From: Carpediemonas membranifera BICM
Taxonomy: Eukaryota; Protista; Fornicata
DNA length: 64,000 bases
Assembly (NCBI GenBank): GCA_019828565.1
Contig: JAHDYR010000062.1
Location: forward strand, 669,666 to 733,665
Direction: 5' to 3'
Shown here: piece after piece, positions 22,085 through 32,721 of the stretch
How the letters are laid out: each line of letters begins with the position of its first letter
Numbering within the stretch: position 1 is the stretch's first letter
Notes under the pieces: generated by a model
Told to the model about the DNA's origin: nothing
The model's database searches: none
Seen by the model: only the letters and a program-made list of their open reading frames with translations
Made by a program: the position numbers and the translations under genes

Positions 22085-23233
22085 TCAAGCCTGCTCATCA
22101 GGCAAGACATCCGTCGTCTTCGTGTCCATAGTCCATGGGCGCCTGTCTATGTCGATGCCCTTGATGGCACTCGTCCTGGCCCGCTCGGCCATGGTCCGCA
22201 GTCTAACGCTGGCCAGCACCGCCCGGAACGTCACGGGAAGCAGCGTCTTGACGTTGTGGTTGGCAGCTACAAGCATGTTGCGCGGCACCGTGAGGCTGGG
22301 CATGAGAGTGCGCACGAAGAGGCATAAGGGCAACGAGCACTGCCGAGGCCGCTCCAGGTGACACAGCCCACGCCCATTGATGGGCACGACGACAATATCG
22401 GGGATGCCGGTGAAGTCGGTCATCTTGAGGTTCACGGGAGTGTCGGTGCCCTCGAGAACCAGCGTGGGGCATGAGACATGGGGCGTGAACATCGGCCGGT
22501 TCATATAGCAGCGGATGAACTTGAACGTGTGCGCGGGGAGCCGAGTGGCGAACCAGGACTCGAACTCTGCCAGGCTGGTTAGAGCGAGACCGCGCTTGCA
22601 CCCCTGGTCAAACCAACGATCCATCCACCGGCGCCGGAGGTAGTCGGGGAAGACAGCAGTGCGTGATTCCGTGGCCATGGTATTCTCGGCGACTGCGGAT
22701 ACGATGACCTCGCTCATCGGCTCGCGGAGTGGGGGAGGCGAGACCATAATCAGACCGTCGACCAGGTCAGGGGCGGTTGTTGCGATGTGATTGGCTAGCA
22801 GTGCACCCATGCCTGCTCCGATGAGGATGCGATGACCGGGTGGAGTGATGTGGCCGATGACGAGCTGCAGGAGGGAGGAGAGGTGGTTGAATGATGGGTA
22901 TTCGCGGTAGGGCTCATCGTACGTCTCGCCGTCGTTCGGGGAGGCAGCGTGCGGGTAGTTGAGAATGACGACGTTGCCAAGACCAAACAGGGGTTTCAGA
23001 AGGGGATGGGAAAGGAAACGTTGGAAGGACGTCCGCCCATCGAGAATGATGTCAGGCAAGCATATGAATGTGGGGCGATCCAGCGGGCGTTCGTGCTGGA
23101 AGCTTTGAGTGACCAGATGGACGTCGCGGCCGTTGTCGTTGATGTGAACGATCTCGCACGGCCAATTGGAGTCGAAATCAAACGGACACGGTGTTGATGC
23201 ATCCATTGTTGGCGGTTGTATTTCAATTTTCAT
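22085..23233 (-). CDS. NDRG/Ndr-family alpha/beta-hydrolase-fold protein
   Basis: RPTFICLPDI..SFQRFL, YPSFNHLSSLL and IGAGMGA..PDLVDGLIMV match Ndr-family blocks. Confidence 0.7.
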   Translation of the reverse strand: MKIEIQPPTMDASTPCPFDFDSNWPCEIVHINDNGRDVHLVTQSFQHERPLDRPTFICLPDIILDGRTSFQRFLSHPLLKPLFGLGNVVILNYPHAASPNDGETYDEPYREYPSFNHLSSLLQLVIGHITPPGHRILIGAGMGALLANHIATTAPDLVDGLIMVSPPPLREPMSEVIVSAVAENTMATESRTAVFPDYLRRRWMDRWFDQGCKRGLALTSLAEFESWFATRLPAHTFKFIRCYMNRPMFTPHVSCPTLVLEGTDTPVNLKMTDFTGIPDIVVVPINGRGLCHLERPRQCSLPLCLFVRTLMPSLTVPRNMLVAANHNVKTLLPVTFRAVLASVRLRTMAERARTSAIKGIDIDRRPWTMDTKTTDVLPDEQA

Positions 23234-23605
23234 TGGAATTTGCTCAAACAGGAGAGTTAGTAGTGGTGTTCGCAATATGAGGGAAAGGCTGGGAATTGGG
23301 GGAATCAAAAGGCTAATCACGCATATTCAAGGGTGTACTTCGCTTAATTCCACGGTCTCATGTGCACAGAGGGAATGAAGGGATGCAAACTTTCATGCCA
23401 TGCCGATCGAACGCTAAACTGCCGCCCTCAACAGCCTGCCCAAGTCAGCTATAAACACTCACTCACAGCATCAGGTGACAGGTACAGACGGCTCGAGGGG
23501 CGTAGTGCCCGACATCCCATCCGGCCATACCATCGTATCCCCCTCCCAGCAGCGAGTCCACACATTTACGAACATTTACGTATTTATCCAGTCCAGTTTA
23601 CTGAC

Positions 23606-24196
23606 CTAGGCCTGCTCCTGGGGCAACTGGTGCCCAGCCTCATCCACGAGGTGGTGCTTAAAGGCGGCCGACCTTCTGTCCACATGCCCCGTGGTCGTAA
23701 CATGCAGCTTAGTCCCGTCTGGCAGCACCCTATTCCTGCCCAGCTCGGTGCCGTCATCTGTAACCTCGCCTCTAATATAAGCCTGAGACCGGTGATCGAC
23801 GAAGCCATCGGCGTCATATCTGACGTGGTGCCCGTAGCTGGTCGTTGCCTCACTGAACGGCTTATGGGGCGGGGGAATCTCGACCTGATCGGCAGGCAGG
23901 ATCTCCGTCTCGATGGGGGCACCGTCATCCTGCACCTCACCGTGCTTCCAAGCGCTCGAACGGTGATCGGGCCTCCCATCGACTGTGTAGCGGAGATGGT
24001 GGCCCTCCAGCGTGTATGCATCGTGATGGTGCTCCACCTGGGGCGGCCGGACTACGATTTCTTCAGGCTCAGTCGGAGCGGCGGGCTTAATGGGAGCCAC
24101 GGGGTTTCCGTCCTCATCGACGAGACCACGGCGGAATGCAGCGCACCGCTTGTCCACCTTTCCAGTCTTTGTCCATGTTACTGTCACTTTTTGCAT
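23606..24196 (-). CDS. Hypothetical protein with four ~27-aa GxxDxRxxA repeats
   Basis: TGKVDKRCAAF, DGRPDHRSSAW, DGFVDHRSQAY and TGHVDRRSAAF. Confidence 0.75.
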   Translation of the reverse strand: MQKVTVTWTKTGKVDKRCAAFRRGLVDEDGNPVAPIKPAAPTEPEEIVVRPPQVEHHHDAYTLEGHHLRYTVDGRPDHRSSAWKHGEVQDDGAPIETEILPADQVEIPPPHKPFSEATTSYGHHVRYDADGFVDHRSQAYIRGEVTDDGTELGRNRVLPDGTKLHVTTTGHVDRRSAAFKHHLVDEAGHQLPQEQA

Positions 24197-24668
24197 CTTC
24201 CGTTTCCTTGATCGGATCTGCTCTTGTGGGTTCGCAGCGAGAGGTTCACAATTGCGTCTTACATGACGGAGCAGCTGGAATTGAGCACGTAGATGTGAAG
24301 ACTCACACCAAGATGACTAATTCGACAGCTAGCTCGGATAACATGTTCACATCTCCTGGACCAATGTGTCTTTTCTGACAATTGGCGAGAAGCAAGCTTT
24401 GCCTCCAGCTCAGCTGAGATGGTGATTGCGTCCACTATCTCGTCCCCTCGACGCGTTGGAATAGAACTTCTAGGTCGACTCCACTCGAGTCGGAAGAACC
24501 ACCTCTATCAATGCGCTCGATGCAACCTCTCTGTGGCTTCTGAGGGCAGATTGCTGAGTTCTGTCGTGGATTCAGTAGTATCAGACTGTATTCCCGTTTT
24601 CACCGCGGTTGCATGTCATTGGCGCCCCTGACACGCGCTGACGCAGCAATTCTGCACAGAAACCCGAT

Positions 24669-25055
24669 ATGAACAGCAAAATTCTCTCTATTGCCCTTCT
24701 TTTCGTCTTGATCGCCTCAGCGTTCTGCGAAGTCGTTCAACTGAACGAAGCCAACTTTGACGAGGAGATCGCCAAGTGCGACGTCGCCGTCGTCACCTTC
24801 TATGCGCCCTGGTGTGGCCACTGCAAGAAGTGGCACGAGCCCTTCGAAGAGCTCGCCCTTCGCCTCCAGACCATTGGTGTCTGCGCCTTCACCGTCGACG
24901 CGACCGAGAACCGCGACCTGTCCGGCCTCTTCGAGATCCGCAGCGTACCCACGATTCTCGCGTTTACAGGCCAGTCGTCTGACCCCGTCAAGTACACAGG
25001 CCAGCGCACCGTTGACGACGTTTACAAGTGGGCCATGTCGATCGGATCTGAGTAA
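24669..25055 (+). CDS. Single-domain protein disulfide isomerase/thioredoxin
   Basis: Signal peptide, FYAPWCGHCK and cis-Pro loop SVPTI. Confidence 0.93.
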   Translation: MNSKILSIALLFVLIASAFCEVVQLNEANFDEEIAKCDVAVVTFYAPWCGHCKKWHEPFEELALRLQTIGVCAFTVDATENRDLSGLFEIRSVPTILAFTGQSSDPVKYTGQRTVDDVYKWAMSIGSE

Positions 25056-25483
25056 ATATGGTGGCTATGGTGGCTTGGGCAGAGTATAACGTGTTGGCAG
25101 AGTGATATGGTACCACGCTGTCGAGCACGCCGTATGATGCTGCTTTCACCCCTGCTCATTCCCAAGTTTAGACCCACCACGCAGTTTATGACAGTGTCGA
25201 AAACAGACGACAGCGACTCAAACTCGGCACAATCGCGTCACTGCCGACTCTACCCGTCACATTAGCAGCGCAGCACCCGTCTTTATGGCGCTGTAACCGA
25301 CTGTACTTGGTCTGCGATGCGCACATGACATGACGACATCTTGAATCACAGCGTTGAATGCAGCGGCGCTGCAAGAAGTATGTTTCTTGGTACTACTATA
25401 ACACAGCTGGTATGTGACTTTGCTGCGTGGCGCAGAATCGCCGCCCGAGGCTCAAACAAGTCTTTATGCAGTAGACAACAACA

Positions 25484-28400
25484 GTGGTGCGTCCCCCGCC
25501 GCAACTATCACACAGCGATGAATGCAAAGCAGTAGATGAGCTCATCCGGGATTCCACCACGCGCATCTTTCCAGTAGGGCACAAGCTTCACATTGAGACC
25601 ATTGGCGCCTCGCCACTTCTCCCCGCAGACCTGGCCCGAGTCCTTGCCCATCTCATGGGCCTCGACAACCCACCGAGAGAGTTCAGCATGAGTCTGACAC
25701 AACCCGACGTGACCATCTTGTTGAGGCAGCACAACCTGGTCTCCGATAAGCCCAACAGCGAGGTCGACGCCCTGCTCGCTGTCTGGAACGCTACTGTGGC
25801 ATCTGAGGGCGAGTGTATTCACACGCTCTCTGGCCACACTCAGACTGTGACGAGCGTCGCAGTTCTCTCCGACAGCACCATGGTCACCGGTTCAACGGAC
25901 GGCACGGCCAGACTCTGGGACACAGCAGGTGAGTGCAAGATGGTCCTGTCATGCAACGCGCCGGTCAACTGCCTCTCAGTTTCACCCGACGGCGAGGTCA
26001 TCGCCTCTGCTGGGGCCGACCACGCCATCAAACTCTGGGACTCCGAGACGGGCAAAAGAATTAAGACGCTCAAGGGCCACACCGATGATGTCACGAGCAT
26101 CGCGTTTACCTCTGATAGCGAGTCCCTCATCTCTGGCTCGTGGGACCAGACCGCCAAGGTTTGGTGGGAACTATGGGACTGCGAGCAGACGATCACCACG
26201 ATGAAGGGACATACTGACACCATCGAGTGCGTTGCTGTCTCGCCAGACGGGAACATCGTTGTCTCGGGCTCCAGGGATCACACAGTCAAGGTCTGGAACG
26301 TCAGCGAGGATAAGCTGGAGAGGACGCTGGACGGCCAGTCGGGGTTTATCACGAGCCTTGCCTTCTCCGCAGACGGAAGGCTCCTGGCATCTGGCAGTAG
26401 CGCCAGCAGCATTAGGATATGGGACACGAGAACGTGGCAGTGCAACGACTCGATCGAGGAGCACTCTGGCTCCATCCACAGCCTCGCGTTCGGCCCCAAC
26501 AGCACCACTCTCGCGTTCGTGGCGGGCACCAACACCATCAAGCTCTGCAACATCGGGGGCGGCTGGCATTTCAAGACCCTCGCAGGCCACACTGACGTCG
26601 TCCGCAACATTTCATTCTCTCCGGACGGGTCGACCTTGCTTTCCGGGTCGACTGACATGACCGCCAAGCTGTGGTTTCTCAAGAAATCACCCAGAGTGAC
26701 GGCAGAGCTCGACAAGGTTTGCTCCAGGACCGCCGCGGACGCCGATATCTGCCTGCCATCCGACGACTCGCCCGTGTTCCTCGCCGACTTGACCCGAATC
26801 CTTATTCACATCCTCGCGACGGGTATGCCCGACTTCTTCGAGATGAAGCTGACCCACCCCGCTTGTACTGTGACACTAGGTCCTGGGGGATTCACCTCAA
26901 CCAGGTCACACGCCGACGTCGACAAACTGCTGGCCCAGACCAACCGCTGGCCAGCAGTACAAGCGATGGTCTCTGTGAACCAGATCAACGACGCCTTGTA
27001 CATCGAGGCTGACCTCGCCCTCGTCGAGTCGCTACTTGCTGCCGGACCACACGACGGACAGCACGAGGAGTGGCTACTGGAGATGAAGACGGACCTCGAT
27101 CGCCTATGGCCCGTTCAGGCCCTCCCCAGAGATCCGATGCCCGCACTCAGGGACCGTGTCAAAGAGGCTCTTCAGAGGAGTGATCTGCTGCACGAACACA
27201 TCAAGCAGGGAAACTCTTTCCAGCTCACTTCGAAGACGCTGCTCCGGAGCGGCAAGTTCGGCCCCGTCGTCCTCAACTGCCTCGACCAACAAGGCCGGTC
27301 GCCCCTGTACAGCGCGTTTGTGCACGACCAACCGCAGATATTCGCGCTTCTGCTCAAGGCCGGCTGTCTCATTGACGACGCCTTCCCTGACGGCCACCCG
27401 CTGCTGGCGGTGGTGACAAAGCCTGCCATGCTGGACGCGATGCTCGCCACTAAGGTCGACGTCAACGTCGTCAGCCGGAACACAACTGCACTCGTCGCCG
27501 CCATCCAGGGCGCGCAGTGGGACTCCGCGATGAAGCTACTGTTCCACCACGCCGACCCCCTCCTCCCTCCCATCGGCGCCAACGCGTTACAGGCCACACA
27601 AATGTCTGAAGACCCACTCATGGCTGGCGTGATTCGGGCTGGTATCAACAGTATCTTGGCTAGGCGACTTAGGAACGCCATCAAGAAGGGGGATACGTCG
27701 ATGGTGAAGCGGCTGCTCACGCTTGGTGTCTCTGCGAACGTCGTTGAGGGTCGCAAACCACTGCTGTTTGCTGCCGTGAAGGGTGGTAACTTTGAGATCG
27801 TCAGCCTGCTGCTGAAGCACGGCGCCGACCGTTCCGCGACACACAAGGGCAAGACAGCGGCTGAAGCCATCAAACACGACGGTCATATCCAATATCTCCT
27901 GATCCAGAACCAAGAAACGCCAACAGCGCACTTGAAGTCTGACAAGAACGACGACATCACGACGCCCGTTGACAGTATCTCTTTTACCAAGACGGACCGC
28001 ATCGGCGAGGGTGACACAGCGACCGTTTATCGCGGGTCATATAGCGGTGGTGAGTGTGCCGTCAAGGTCGTCGCTCTATCCAACCTGAACGCGGTGCAGG
28101 CCGCCCGACTGCAGAACGAGATCTTCGTCCACAAGCAGCTGCGGCATTTCAACATTGTCGCTCTATACGCGCTCGAGCAGGGCGACAAGGAGATCAAGAT
28201 CGCGCTCGAGCTTGCGTCTGAATTGCTGTCGGCGCTACTGCTCTCTAAGGCCGGCCTTTCCTGGGACACAAGGCTGAAGTTCGCCCGGGAGATAGCGACA
28301 GCGATGGCATACATCGCGAGCGAGGGCTACGAGCACAGAGACCTCAAGGCTGCCAATATTCTCATCGTCAATAACTCAGCCAAGGTGGCAGACTTCGGTC

Positions 28401-28897
28401 TGGCTGCCAGCATCGACGACAAGGTCAAGGACATCGAGGGCTCGTGGCCGTGGATGGCGCCTGAGCGGTTTGAAGGGATCGGCGGCGAGAAGGCCGACGT
28501 CTACGCTTATGGAATAACGCTATGGGAGATCGCCGCCCGTGACATCCCGTATCGTCACGAGCACTTAGATTTAGACGCCATCCGTGTTCACGTCCGGTCT
28601 GGCTATCGCCCAGCAGTGCCAGTGGGAACTCCCACCGCCATCGGCAAGCTGATCTGCCGCTGCTTGGCCCTGGACCCCCATGACCGGCCAACGTTTGCGG
28701 AGGTAGTCGAGTCACTCCCTGATAGCCTCTCGCCAGACTCGCCGATGTACGCGGAGAGCTCTGTGAGAAATGTAGAGGTTGGAACGTTTGCTGGGGCTAG
28801 TATTCCCTGGACTACGATAACGAATGATAAGAGGGCGGCCATGCTCACTGCAACGTATCGACGGAACGAGCCTGAGTCCGTCCAGCCGCTGCACTGA
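25484..28897 (+). CDS. WD40 - ankyrin - TKL kinase multidomain protein
   Basis: About seven WD40 repeats, ankyrin repeats (PLLFAAVKGGNFEIVSLLLKHGAD), and kinase motifs IGEGDTATVY, AVK, HRDLKAAN, DFG and WMAPE. Confidence 0.92.
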   Translation: MVRPPPQLSHSDECKAVDELIRDSTTRIFPVGHKLHIETIGASPLLPADLARVLAHLMGLDNPPREFSMSLTQPDVTILLRQHNLVSDKPNSEVDALLAVWNATVASEGECIHTLSGHTQTVTSVAVLSDSTMVTGSTDGTARLWDTAGECKMVLSCNAPVNCLSVSPDGEVIASAGADHAIKLWDSETGKRIKTLKGHTDDVTSIAFTSDSESLISGSWDQTAKVWWELWDCEQTITTMKGHTDTIECVAVSPDGNIVVSGSRDHTVKVWNVSEDKLERTLDGQSGFITSLAFSADGRLLASGSSASSIRIWDTRTWQCNDSIEEHSGSIHSLAFGPNSTTLAFVAGTNTIKLCNIGGGWHFKTLAGHTDVVRNISFSPDGSTLLSGSTDMTAKLWFLKKSPRVTAELDKVCSRTAADADICLPSDDSPVFLADLTRILIHILATGMPDFFEMKLTHPACTVTLGPGGFTSTRSHADVDKLLAQTNRWPAVQAMVSVNQINDALYIEADLALVESLLAAGPHDGQHEEWLLEMKTDLDRLWPVQALPRDPMPALRDRVKEALQRSDLLHEHIKQGNSFQLTSKTLLRSGKFGPVVLNCLDQQGRSPLYSAFVHDQPQIFALLLKAGCLIDDAFPDGHPLLAVVTKPAMLDAMLATKVDVNVVSRNTTALVAAIQGAQWDSAMKLLFHHADPLLPPIGANALQATQMSEDPLMAGVIRAGINSILARRLRNAIKKGDTSMVKRLLTLGVSANVVEGRKPLLFAAVKGGNFEIVSLLLKHGADRSATHKGKTAAEAIKHDGHIQYLLIQNQETPTAHLKSDKNDDITTPVDSISFTKTDRIGEGDTATVYRGSYSGGECAVKVVALSNLNAVQAARLQNEIFVHKQLRHFNIVALYALEQGDKEIKIALELASELLSALLLSKAGLSWDTRLKFAREIATAMAYIASEGYEHRDLKAANILIVNNSAKVADFGLAASIDDKVKDIEGSWPWMAPERFEGIGGEKADVYAYGITLWEIAARDIPYRHEHLDLDAIRVHVRSGYRPAVPVGTPTAIGKLICRCLALDPHDRPTFAEVVESLPDSLSPDSPMYAESSVRNVEVGTFAGASIPWTTITNDKRAAMLTATYRRNEPESVQPLH

Positions 28898-29014
28898 GCG
28901 GCGTATACATAGATTAGACCGTTATTGAATAAAAAAATAAATGTGACCTAGGCGACAATAAATAAAACTACTTGCCAGCCATCCAGATTAAATGCTAGTT
29001 TAACAACAATAGAC

Positions 29015-32000
29015 TCATATCCCAATGTCCCTGAGATCCGACATGATCTTACGGAACGCCCGCTTGCTTGCATTGGGCAGGGCGAGGCCCCGGTCCCAAA
29101 TAGGAACGTCCTCAGTCAGCACGAACGGCTGCTCCGGGCCTCTACCAGTGGGTGACCCGCGAGCCTGTGAGGACGTGGGTGATGATTCCTTCGAGGGAGA
29201 CCAAATGGGACCCCGACTGACTCGGCCAGCGTCTGGGACAAGCGCTGAGGCCGGTCGAGTGGTTTCAGACGCGACACGGCGGTGCCAACGGTCCTGCTCC
29301 CGTCGGGCGGTCACCCTTTCCTCTCTGGCTTGGCCCTCCTTCATAAGTCGGTCGGTTGGCTGAAGGCCCGATAGCCCAAGCTTGGCGGCACGAGAGGCAG
29401 CGAGCTTCTTGCTCTTCTCGGGGATGGCGGGGCCGCCCGTGACGGAGCTCAGCTCAGCGTCGACCGCCTCCTGTCTTAGCTTCTCGAGCTTCTTCTCCCT
29501 CAGCGTCGACCATGCGAAGAGACGCTCGGGGTCCTGCTTGACCATTTTGGAGGAATTAGTGTCGATCTTCGGCTTAAATGTAGCCTGTGACAGCACTTCT
29601 GATTCATGCTGCTGCTTCAACGCAGCAATCTTGTGCTCCCGGGCAGTCAGGAAGCCCTTCTGTCGTTCCTCAAAGGACTTGGTAATCGAGGGCGAGGCTG
29701 AGGCCGGCCTGCTTCGGCCCTTGGTCGACTTAGGCGATCCCTTGGTCTTGTTCAGCTCCTGGTCTATGAATTTCGTCCGCAGGGTCTCGAGGTGCCCCCG
29801 GCGGGCCGCAGCATCTTTGTATAGGCGGTCCGTGGCCTTGTCAACAACATCAGAGCCGGCGGTCGAGGACGCGACACTTCCCGAACGGTTCCTGCCCATG
29901 GCAAGCGGGCTGTGGACAGATGCGACCGAATCTTTCCGAATATATGGACTTGTGTTGAATCCATCACCGGATAACGGCCTGGGCACTGGGCGGGAGTCGG
30001 GTTCTGGGCCTTTGGCAGGGCGGGGTGAGCGGATTGGCCTAGGCGATGACAGCGGCAGCTCGCGGAGCTGTGGGAACGGCGGATCTGAAGATCGACGCAG
30101 ACTAAATGAAGATTCGGACCTCTCTGAGAATCTCGGAGATTCAGGATGTCTGGGGGATCGAGGCGAAGACGCCCGCGACGATCTAGGATATTCAGCACCA
30201 AATCTGTGAATCAACTGATCCGCCAGGTCCTTGAGAGAGGCATACGACGATGATCTCTCGCGGCCAGTCGGAGAATATGGCGAGGGGACCTTGAATCGGT
30301 CGAGCAATGAGGGGGATGACTCCAAACCCGACTCAACCGCTCGGAGGGGGGCATCTAGATTCAGAACAGATCTGAGTGGATCTGAAGATATGGCGTCATG
30401 GAGAATCGTCGTCGCGGCGGGCACCAAGTAGATGCCGGCCTTCTCAGACGCAAAGGACGACTCCATCAGTGACCTGAGGCATAGGATGGGCTCCTCACTG
30501 AGAGTATCTCTGATCATGGCGAGGCCAGTGCCGGCGACAGACTCAGTTGACTCAATCATGGAGATTATCGAATCTTGGAGATACGAAACTTCAGGTGTTC
30601 TGACAAGCTCGGTGACATTCGACGGATAGACGGCCGACCGGCCGTGGGAGTGTGCGAGAGTCACTTGACCGTCGGCAACATCGGTGATTGCACGATCACT
30701 CGTGACAGTTTCAATAAAACCTGCAGATACGGCCGATCCGGGCCTAAGATAGCCCAGAGCAAGTTCGTGTGCTAAGTTACACAACACAGCGCCCCTTGTC
30801 GTGGCAACTGGTACAACAGGCGGCGTCTCGAGCAAATGGATCGACCCAACTATCGGCGTGACAGGGGCGTTGGGGACATTGATCTCGTCGCATATCCAGG
30901 CGAGAAGGGCTCTATACAGCAGTACGACGAGCTGGCCGAGCCTGGAGACGACCTCAGCCCTGGGGATGGCAGCAACAGGCCCGACGTTCTCAGAGCCCTC
31001 GCCCGGGGAGCTGGAGCCGTCCGAAGAGGTTAGGACGTGGTGCAAGGTGTTGTATGAGATACCTACTAACGCAGCGATGGCTCTCACGCACGCCTTGAAG
31101 CTTGGAGGGGGGATGTGGTGAGAGGTCGATGCGATGCGGCCGGATAGACCCATGGTAAGCGACACAGCGGCCAGTACGGTGATACATGACCGCGAGCGGG
31201 GTCCTAGCGAGAGGGAGATGCTCTCGATTACATCAGATGATGTGGCGGCCAACGTGGTCTTGGTCGCGGCAGACAGGGCGATGGGGGCGAGCAGCGGCGT
31301 GTCTAGCACGCGGGGGTCGAGCTGAGCCTCTCTGCGGCATAGTAAGGCGACTGCCTGCTCTACTAGGGGCCTCACTCTCGGCGGAATGTAGGAGAAGAGA
31401 GAGGCAGCGGGCATGGCAAGTACGGCCACCACGGCGTGTGGGAGGGATGTGAGGGCCGAGTCGCGGTACACGGGCATCGACAGACTCGTGTCGTCGAGTA
31501 GTATTGTGCGGACAGCGAATGTCACGTCGCCACCGGTGGTAATGTGGTACGTGAACCGTTGCACGCCGAGCACCTCGTCCTCCATGGTACGGAGGAAGCA
31601 GGATAGGCAGGCGTGCGACACTGCAGCCCGGGCCGGAGATCCAGTGCGAGTGAACGCGTTGATGGCAGCATGAAGGGGTGGGACGAGGTGGTGACTCTGC
31701 GCACAGCCGGGGCCGGTGAAACAGAGGCATGTCTGCCGCCTGCGGATGGCGTCGCCGTATGCCTTCGATAGTAGAGGCACGAGCTCTGCCTCGGTAAGCG
31801 AAGGGGATCCGTTGAACACTGACAAGAGAGCGTTCGTTGCGGGAATGGTGAGTGTGTCGGTTTCTGTCATGGCGTGACGGATGTGGGAGAGGAGAGAGGG
31901 TACGTTGGTGTGACTCGTGCCGTGGGCCATGGGGTAGACGATGCCCAGCGGGATGCCGTCCAGCACAGTTGGCCCAATGAGGGTGTTAATCTCAACGGAA

Positions 32001-32203
32001 ATGACATCTCCGAGGCTGCGTTCCTCGTCGTAGATCGTAGGATGTGAAGGAGGGCGCACGACGATGCCAAGGCCGTATCTGCCGGCCACCAGGTTAGGAA
32101 TATCCGACGGCTGCGTCATGTTGCGATGAATGTTCCATTTTCCATGTTCATCGATCAATTCAATCCAAACTTGAGCGCCTGCATGAAGCTCAACAACTCG
32201 CAT
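29015..32203 (-). CDS. Divergent myosin-motor-like domain protein with low-complexity/TFKP-repeat tail
   Basis: Collinear degenerate myosin blocks: AYGDAIRRRQTCLCFTGPG, INAFTRT, AALVGISYNTLHHVLT, LYRALLAWICDEIN, IHLLE and LCNLAHE. Confidence 0.6.
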   Translation of the reverse strand: MRVVELHAGAQVWIELIDEHGKWNIHRNMTQPSDIPNLVAGRYGLGIVVRPPSHPTIYDEERSLGDVISVEINTLIGPTVLDGIPLGIVYPMAHGTSHTNVPSLLSHIRHAMTETDTLTIPATNALLSVFNGSPSLTEAELVPLLSKAYGDAIRRRQTCLCFTGPGCAQSHHLVPPLHAAINAFTRTGSPARAAVSHACLSCFLRTMEDEVLGVQRFTYHITTGGDVTFAVRTILLDDTSLSMPVYRDSALTSLPHAVVAVLAMPAASLFSYIPPRVRPLVEQAVALLCRREAQLDPRVLDTPLLAPIALSAATKTTLAATSSDVIESISLSLGPRSRSCITVLAAVSLTMGLSGRIASTSHHIPPPSFKACVRAIAALVGISYNTLHHVLTSSDGSSSPGEGSENVGPVAAIPRAEVVSRLGQLVVLLYRALLAWICDEINVPNAPVTPIVGSIHLLETPPVVPVATTRGAVLCNLAHELALGYLRPGSAVSAGFIETVTSDRAITDVADGQVTLAHSHGRSAVYPSNVTELVRTPEVSYLQDSIISMIESTESVAGTGLAMIRDTLSEEPILCLRSLMESSFASEKAGIYLVPAATTILHDAISSDPLRSVLNLDAPLRAVESGLESSPSLLDRFKVPSPYSPTGRERSSSYASLKDLADQLIHRFGAEYPRSSRASSPRSPRHPESPRFSERSESSFSLRRSSDPPFPQLRELPLSSPRPIRSPRPAKGPEPDSRPVPRPLSGDGFNTSPYIRKDSVASVHSPLAMGRNRSGSVASSTAGSDVVDKATDRLYKDAAARRGHLETLRTKFIDQELNKTKGSPKSTKGRSRPASASPSITKSFEERQKGFLTAREHKIAALKQQHESEVLSQATFKPKIDTNSSKMVKQDPERLFAWSTLREKKLEKLRQEAVDAELSSVTGGPAIPEKSKKLAASRAAKLGLSGLQPTDRLMKEGQAREERVTARREQDRWHRRVASETTRPASALVPDAGRVSRGPIWSPSKESSPTSSQARGSPTGRGPEQPFVLTEDVPIWDRGLALPNASKRAFRKIMSDLRDIGI

Positions 32204-32318
32204 GCGTTTTTGAGCTTGGAATATGGCGCGAGAAGACGATGAGTGAGCTGATACATGTCATTCCATAAATCATGTAACTAGTTGGGATAGTTGTATAGAG
32301 CCAATATTCGATGAGATT

Positions 32319-32595
32319 GGGCACCCAGGCCGTCATCGACGCACTCGCCGAGGCCACCGAGCTCGGCGCCACGACCATCATCGGCGGCGGCGACTCTGCC
32401 ACCGCTGCCAAGAAGTGCGGCAAGGAGGAGAAGATCTCCTTCATCTCTACCGGGGGCGGTGCCTCCATCGAGCTGCTGCAGGGGAACGTCCTCCCCGGCC
32501 TCGTGGCCCTGTCCGACAAGGAGTAAACGAGTGTTGTGCTGATGCTTTCATTTTTCGAAGCCTCGAAGCCGACAGTCTCGCGATCGAGTGCGCTG
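32319..32595 (+). repeat. 277-bp inverted duplicate of the PGK 3' end and downstream intergenic region (34716-34992)
   Basis: Reverse-complement match from GGGCACCCAGGC to GAGTGCGCTG. The translation [12 protein letters not shown]...ALSDKE* is identical to the PGK C-terminus. Confidence 0.95.
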
Positions 32596-32721
32596 CAGCA
32601 TGTTCACTGGATATCCTGTTGGCCAGGCTGATAGACCAGAGTGAATCTTGACTCAATCAGGGGATCGACTGCAAACAGAGTTTTGACAACGGCCTCGCTT
32701 TCCTTTCGAACCACTTTTGCG

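Noticed and set aside
32311-32526. Second PGK gene
   Set aside because: It covers only the last ~68 codons and is part of the inverted duplication.
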